64,000 nt of DNA from Bacteroidia bacterium (lineage in GTDB: Bacteria; Bacteroidota; Bacteroidia; M30B66): the NCBI GenBank assembly GCA_965279035.1, contig OZ257142.1, positions 2,528,001 to 2,592,000 of the forward strand, in the 5' to 3' direction. The translations under genes and the position numbers were made by a program. Below the pieces are notes generated by a model. It ran no database searches. It was not told the DNA's origin and saw only the letters and a program-made list of their open reading frames with translations. Shown here piece after piece: positions 58,096 through 64,000 of the stretch (the first letter of the stretch is position 1; every line of letters starts with the position of its first letter).

Positions 58096-58962
58096 ATGAA
58101 ACGAAGAGGGTTTCTTTACGCATCTACACTTAGCATAATGGGAAGTGGTTTAGCCAGTTTGAAAGATATTATGTCAAATCCTAGGGATTCTGAAAGAATG
58201 CCCGTTTTATTTATTGGTCATGGAAATCCAATGAATGCCATTGAGAAAAATAAATACTCATTATCGTGGGAACAAATGGGGAAAAATTTACCGAAACCCA
58301 AAGCGATTGTATGTGTTTCGGCGCATTGGGAGACAAGAGGAACCAAAGTTACAGCAACACCATTTCCCGAAACTATTCATGATTTTGGTGGGTTTCCACA
58401 AGCCTTGTTTGATGTTCAATATCCAGCAAGTGGAAATCCAGAATTAGCATTAGAAATTGGCAGAATGGTTCACTCAGTTGGAGTTCAACAAGATTTACAA
58501 TGGGGACTTGATCATGGTACTTGGAGTGTACTCAAACCCATGTATCCATTAGCCGATATTCCAGTTATTCAGCTCAGTTTGGATATTAATAAAACACCAC
58601 AACAACATGTTGAATTAGCTAAAGAACTTTCTTTCTTAAGAGATAAAGGGGTTTTGATTATTGGAAGTGGAAATATTGTTCATAATCTTGGACGAATCGA
58701 TTGGCAAAATCCGAATCGAGGTTATGATTGGGCAATTGAATTTAATGATCAAGTAAAAAAGACAATCTTAAACAGAGAATTTAGCAAACTGAGTTTTTAC
58801 AAAGAATTGAGTAAATCGGCAGAATTAGCTGTTCCTTCAACAGAACATTACCTTCCACTACTCTATGCAACAGCAATTGCTACTGAAAAAGATCAATTAG
58901 AATTTTTCAATGATGATCCTCAAATGGGTTCTCTTACTATGACCAGTTTAAAAATCTCCTAA
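58096..58962 (+). CDS. ygiD: 4,5-DOPA dioxygenase extradiol (LigB family)
   Basis: PVLFIGHGNPMN, SAHW, TIHDFGGFP, GLDHG, GSGNIVHNL, EHYLPLLY. Confidence 0.92.
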   Translation: MKRRGFLYASTLSIMGSGLASLKDIMSNPRDSERMPVLFIGHGNPMNAIEKNKYSLSWEQMGKNLPKPKAIVCVSAHWETRGTKVTATPFPETIHDFGGFPQALFDVQYPASGNPELALEIGRMVHSVGVQQDLQWGLDHGTWSVLKPMYPLADIPVIQLSLDINKTPQQHVELAKELSFLRDKGVLIIGSGNIVHNLGRIDWQNPNRGYDWAIEFNDQVKKTILNREFSKLSFYKELSKSAELAVPSTEHYLPLLYATAIATEKDQLEFFNDDPQMGSLTMTSLKIS

Positions 58963-59757
58963 TTATTTAACTCCCGAATCTGTATTCATCAACAAAGGCT
59001 GTTTACCATCTGTGATAATAATTTTGCTATTTGGTGAATTCGAAAGGCTCTTTAACATGAGAATCTGATTATATTGAAGCAACTTCTCGGTTAAAGATGA
59101 ATTAATTATGTCCTGAGCTTCTTTTGTAGCTTGTGCTTCAATCAAAACGCGTTCAGCTTCCTTTTTTTGTTTTGCAATAACAAATTCCATTTGCAAAACT
59201 GCTTGTTCAGCATTTACCTTATCTTGAATTGCTGTCACCATTTGAGGTGGCAATAAAATATCTTTTAATAATACGGCATCAACTATAAATCCGTAATCAG
59301 CAATATGTTTACTTAATTCTTCTGCTATGGCTGTTTCTATTTTACTACGTTCGGTAGCATATAATTCTTTTGCGAAAAAACGAGCACTTATTTCACGAGC
59401 TGTAGCTCTAAAATTACTTAGCACAATTACTTCTTCGTAATTAGATCCAAATTTTAAATAAACATCATTTGCTGCTTCAGGTTTCACATGATACAAAAGA
59501 CTGATTTCAGTATTAACACTTAATCCTTCTTTGGTAGGCAATGGAAGCACATTATATACTTCAACAACCCGTGTATTAATTTTAACAATCTTCGTCCCGA
59601 AAGGATTAAACCAAACTACTCCAGCATGAATAGGCTTTCCTTTTATTTTACCAAGTGTTTGTCGAATCCCAATTTCTCCTGGACGGACAATTGAACACGA
59701 ATTTAAAGTCAATAAAATGAAGTAAGCGATTGACGCTTTGAATGCAAGACGAAACAT
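58963..59757 (-). CDS. Prohibitin/SPFH (band 7) family lipoprotein
   Basis: LNSC lipobox, VRPGEIG, TKEGL.V, coiled-coil EAER. Confidence 0.9.
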   Translation of the reverse strand: MFRLAFKASIAYFILLTLNSCSIVRPGEIGIRQTLGKIKGKPIHAGVVWFNPFGTKIVKINTRVVEVYNVLPLPTKEGLSVNTEISLLYHVKPEAANDVYLKFGSNYEEVIVLSNFRATAREISARFFAKELYATERSKIETAIAEELSKHIADYGFIVDAVLLKDILLPPQMVTAIQDKVNAEQAVLQMEFVIAKQKKEAERVLIEAQATKEAQDIINSSLTEKLLQYNQILMLKSLSNSPNSKIIITDGKQPLLMNTDSGVK

Positions 59758-59835
59758 ATATTTTTTTTCTCAAAACTAAAGGCTAGTTTCTTAATATATG
59801 CTTAAGAATAAATATTGAATTCAAGGTTTATGAAG

Positions 59836-60513
59836 CTATGGGCGATTGATTTTATCATTCCCCATCAATACATACTGCACTAGATTTGCTCCCATTTTCA
59901 GTGCTTTCTGTCTAGTAACTTCAGAATCTTTATGAACAGATGGATCTTCCCATCCATCACCTAAATCACACTCATACGTATACAAGACAACCAATCGACC
60001 TTCCCAAAATAATCCAAATGCTTGAGGAGGAGTTCCATCATGCTCGTGAATTTTAGGTAATCCACCGGGAAAATCAAATTTTTGATGAAAAATGGGATGC
60101 GAAGGAGGTAATTCAACTAAATCAAGTTCAGGAAAGATATGTTTCAATTGAGGACGAATAAATACATCCATTCCATAATTATCATCAATATGTAAAAAAC
60201 CACCGGCAATGAGATAAGTCCTCAAATTATCACTTTCAGCAGAGCTAAATATTACATTTCCATGACCGGTCATGTGTATAAATGGAAGGTTGAAAATCTC
60301 CGGATTATTTGCCTCAATTGTTATTGGATCTGGTGATATGCTTGTTCCAATATTTTTATTGCAGAATGAAATTAGATTAGGTAATGAGGTTGGATTTGCA
60401 TACCAATCTCCTCCTCCATTGTATTTTAATAAACCAATATTATAGGTTCCTTGAGCATTTATTTTATGAAGTAGAATCAAACAAATGATCAAAAATTGAA
60501 AACGTTTCATCAT
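59836..60513 (-). CDS. DUF4159 family protein
   Basis: LKYNGGGDWYANP, MTGHG, GGFLHIDDNYG, PKIHEHD, DLGDGWED. Confidence 0.88.
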   Translation of the reverse strand: MMKRFQFLIICLILLHKINAQGTYNIGLLKYNGGGDWYANPTSLPNLISFCNKNIGTSISPDPITIEANNPEIFNLPFIHMTGHGNVIFSSAESDNLRTYLIAGGFLHIDDNYGMDVFIRPQLKHIFPELDLVELPPSHPIFHQKFDFPGGLPKIHEHDGTPPQAFGLFWEGRLVVLYTYECDLGDGWEDPSVHKDSEVTRQKALKMGANLVQYVLMGNDKINRP

Positions 60514-60544
60514 GTTATTATTGAAATTCAAATGTCGTATTTAT

Positions 60545-61255
60545 TTAGGAATGAATTTGCCAAGCTGTTTGAACTTGAGCACAAACGATAATTCCCGCTG
60601 TTTCAGCTCTTAAACGACTTTCTCCTAGGGAAATTGCCGTATATCCCAACTTCAATGCTGCATCTACTTCTTCTTGAGTAAAATCTCCTTCTGGTCCAAC
60701 AAGAACAGTTATTTGATTGTGATTTCGAGCTTGATATGATAAGTAAGGTTTTTCAGAAGGAATGCAATGGGCTATATAGCGTGATCCTGAAATGTCCTTT
60801 TTTATAAAATCACCAAATAAAATTGAATCATTCAAAACAGGCAGTTGTGCATTCATACTTTGTTTCATGGCTGAAAGTACAATTTTTTCAACACGTTGCA
60901 TTTTCACATGATTCCGTTCAGTTCTTTTGGAAATGATTGGAGTGATTTCATCAATACCAATTTCAGTCGCCTTTTCTAAAAACCACTCAAAACGTTCCAT
61001 CATTTTAGTTGGAGCAATAGCAACGTGCAGTCGGTAGGGACGATTATTAGAATCTTTCAACTTTCGTAAATTCCCAATGCTTGAATTTTTCTGATGTACC
61101 AAAATAACTTCCCCTTCAAACATTCCACCTTTTCCATCTAACAATAGAACTGTAACCCCTTCTTTTAAACGAAGAACTTTGCTTAAGTGCAAACTTTCTT
61201 CTTCTGAAAGAATTGCATTATTCAATTGAATGTTGTTTGAATAAAATACATGCAT
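60545..61255 (-). CDS. rsmE: 16S rRNA m3U1498 methyltransferase
   Basis: HLSKVLRL, EKATEIG, AMKQS, VGPEGDF, LGESRLRAETA. Confidence 0.95.
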   Translation of the reverse strand: MHVFYSNNIQLNNAILSEEESLHLSKVLRLKEGVTVLLLDGKGGMFEGEVILVHQKNSSIGNLRKLKDSNNRPYRLHVAIAPTKMMERFEWFLEKATEIGIDEITPIISKRTERNHVKMQRVEKIVLSAMKQSMNAQLPVLNDSILFGDFIKKDISGSRYIAHCIPSEKPYLSYQARNHNQITVLVGPEGDFTQEEVDAALKLGYTAISLGESRLRAETAGIIVCAQVQTAWQIHS

Positions 61256-61268
61256 TGTCTATGAAGAT

Positions 61269-64000
61269 TTAATTCATTCGGGTAGATTCTAACAATTTAG
61301 CCAGAGCGTTCACTGCTTGATCTAAATTACCCGTTTGTTCCATCACCAAAGTGAGTTTATTGTTTCGTTCTTTTAAACGTGCTTTTCCTGGAAAGCGTGT
61401 TAAAAACTGCATCAAGCGTCCAAAAAAATCGCTTTGATAGAAGCTACTTTGTTGATTCTGTACAAAGTAACCGACAAAGGTTTTCTGTTTTAACACAACT
61501 TTCTCAAAGCCCATGTCTTTGGCAATCCAACGTAAACGGATGGCATTCATTAACTCCAAAGTTGGCTTAGGCACTGCACCAAAACGATCGGTTAACTGCT
61601 TTTCAAATTGTAGCAATTCATCTTCAGTTTCCATATTATCGAGGTCCTTGTATAAGAGCAAACGTTCGTAATATTGGTTACATAAGCATCTGGAATGAGG
61701 ATTTCTAAATCGGTATCAATCTGACAATCGCTTACCCATACTTTTCGTTTTTCTTCGAGTTCTTCGTGAAACAACTCTTTAAAATCACTCTCCTTTAATT
61801 CCTGAATGGCCTCATCGAGAATTTTATTGTACATCTCAAATCCAATTTCAGAAATAAACCCACTCTGTTCACCACCTAAAAGATCTCCGGCACCCCGAAT
61901 ATCTAAATCACGCATGGCGATGTTAAAACCACTTCCTAATTCAGCAAAATCTTCAATGGCTTTCAATCTTTTACGCGCATCACTTGTGAGCAAAGAAACT
62001 GGCGTAGTGAGCAAATAGCAAAATGCTTTTTTGTTGCTCCGACCAACTCGGCCCCGCATCTGATGCAAATCGCTCAATCCAAATAAATGGGCATTATTAA
62101 TCAATATCGTATTGGCATTCGAAATGTCCAATCCCGATTCAATGATAGTCGTTGCTACTAATACATCGTAATCGCCGTCGATAAAACGCATCATTACATT
62201 TTCCAATTCTTCAGGCTCCATTTGTCCGTGTCCACAACACACACGAACACCTGGGCAAAGGCGGCGAATCATATCTCCAACTTCTTGAATGTTTTGGACA
62301 CGATTATGAACAAAGAAAACTTGTCCGCCACGTTGAACCTCAAAAGTGACAGCATCACGAATGAGTTCTTCATTAAACGTGTGCAACTCGGTTTGAACGG
62401 GGTAGCGATTGGGTGGAGGTGTATTGATAATGCTTAAATCACGAGCACCCATCATGCTAAAATGCAAGGTGCGCGGAATTGGTGTTGCTGTTAATGTTAG
62501 AGTGTCAACATTAATTTTAATTTGTTTGAGTTTTTCTTTTGCAGCTACTCCAAATTTCTGTTCTTCATCAATAATCATCAAGCCCAAATCTTTGAACTTG
62601 ACATCTTTACTTATGATACGATGCGTACCAATGAGGATATCAATTTCACCTTTTGCTAATCGTTCGAGCGTTTCTTTTTGTTGTTTGGGCGATTTAAAAC
62701 GGTTGATGTAGTCGACATTACAGGGAAATTGCGACAATCGTTCTGCAAAAGTTTTATAATGCTGTAAAGCTAAAATGGTAGTTGGAACAAGTATCGCCAC
62801 TTGTTTGCTATCGTTTACAGCCTTGAATGCAGCACGTACAGCAATTTCGGTTTTCCCAAAACCCACATCACCACAAACCAAACGATCCATGGGAGCATCT
62901 TTTTCCATATCACGCTTAACATCGCGCGTTGCTTTTACTTGATCGGGTGTGTCTTCATAGATAAAAGAAGCTTCCAATTCATCTTGCAAATACGTGTCTT
63001 TCCCAAATGCAAAACCCTTCTTAGTGCGACGTTCAGCGTAAAGTTTAATTAAATCACGCGCAATATCTTTAACCCGGCTTTTCGTTTTCTGCTTGAGATT
63101 TGCCCAAACTGCACTTCCTAATTTATTTAATTTCGGTTCGGTTCCTTCTTTCCCTGTAAATTTTGAAATACGATGTAATGAATGAATACTAACGTATAAA
63201 ATGTCATTGTCGCGATACACTAAACGAATGGCTTCTTGCTGTTTTCCATTGACATCAATCTTTTCAAGTCCTGCATATTTCCCAACACCATGATCCACAT
63301 GAGTCACATAATCACCGGGTTGAAGGCCTTTCAGTTCTTTTAATGTGATGGCTTCTTTGCGAGCATAACCATCTTTGAGCTTAAACCGATGATACCGATC
63401 AAATAATTGATGATCAGTAAAACAAACAATTTTTAATTCCGGATCGGAAAATCCTTCATGCAGAGAATGATTCACCGGAATGAAATGTATTTCCTTTCCT
63501 ATGTCTTCGAATATTGCATAAATGCGTTCAATTTGACGAGTGTTATCACTGAAAATAAAATTCTCCATTCCAGCCTTGGTGTTGGCTGTAAGCTGTTTCG
63601 TGATGAGATCGAAATTTTTATTGAAGCTTGGTTGAGGAATTCCGGTAAAAGTAAATGCATCTTTTTTAGAAAAAACTGCACCACTTCCATTTTCAATAAT
63701 CGAAAAATGAAGAAGTTGATTACTTAATAATTCTCTTGAGCAATATAATTCATCAGGAGCTAATTGAACAGTTGAGTTCTCCATGAATGAATACGTCAAT
63801 TCTGCTTTATCGTATTCGTTTGAAATCAGTTGAAGACATAATTCTGTTTCACGCAACCAAATGAGTGAATTTTTAGGGATAAAATCGAGGAAGCTCTCTC
63901 GACTTTCTTGAAGTATTTTCCCTTGAATATCTGGGACGATATGAATAAAATCGAGGTTGCGAGTTGATAATTGATCAACAGGATTAAACGATCGAATAGA
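61269..64000 (-). CDS. mfd: Transcription-repair coupling factor (5' part outside window), apparent 1-nt deletion near 61667
   Basis: CarD-like domain (HVDHGVG), GDVGFGKT, DEEQ, TATPIPRT, QMRGRVGR, TRG motif; C-terminal TRCF domain in the shifted frame (61269-61661); frame open to the window edge. Confidence 0.95.

Overview
Chromosomal window from a Bacteroidota genome (TAnnTTTG promoters, a T9SS C-terminal-domain protein, TonB-dependent receptor, DUF3127/DUF4159). It is mostly housekeeping: etfBA, mnmE, hemB, hutI, biotin ligase, rsfS-ftsH, cdsA, ppa, tamB, tsaD, def, ruvX, rsmE, mfd. It also carries a thioester alpha-2-macroglobulin, two exported nucleases, a vWA/FHA gene pair and many signalling genes (4 histidine kinases, 3 response regulators). 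I saw no tRNA, rRNA, CRISPR array, integrase or transposase. The best candidate for an undescribed system is an AT-rich four-gene operon at 38383-41414. It encodes a secreted protein ending in a lone CPxxC motif, a stand-alone ~7-TM protein, a one-TM HisKA_3 kinase and a NarL-type regulator, resembling a split-receptor peptide/disulfide signalling circuit. A paralogous regulator at 20367-21017 sits divergent from a candidate ~165-nt sRNA that carries a similar upstream box. Other notable items: degenerate 7-/8-mer repeat elements at ~16.0-16.3 kb and ~26.4-26.5 kb, a GC-rich structured element at 25.2 kb, an Fnr/Crp-like box at about -41.5 of a hypothetical gene, LytTR-type 21-bp-period repeats, a GC-rich umuDC-SRAP cassette, several probably leaderless genes, and single-base frameshifts in tamB and mfd (probably sequencing errors). 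All family calls come from motif recognition, not database searches.
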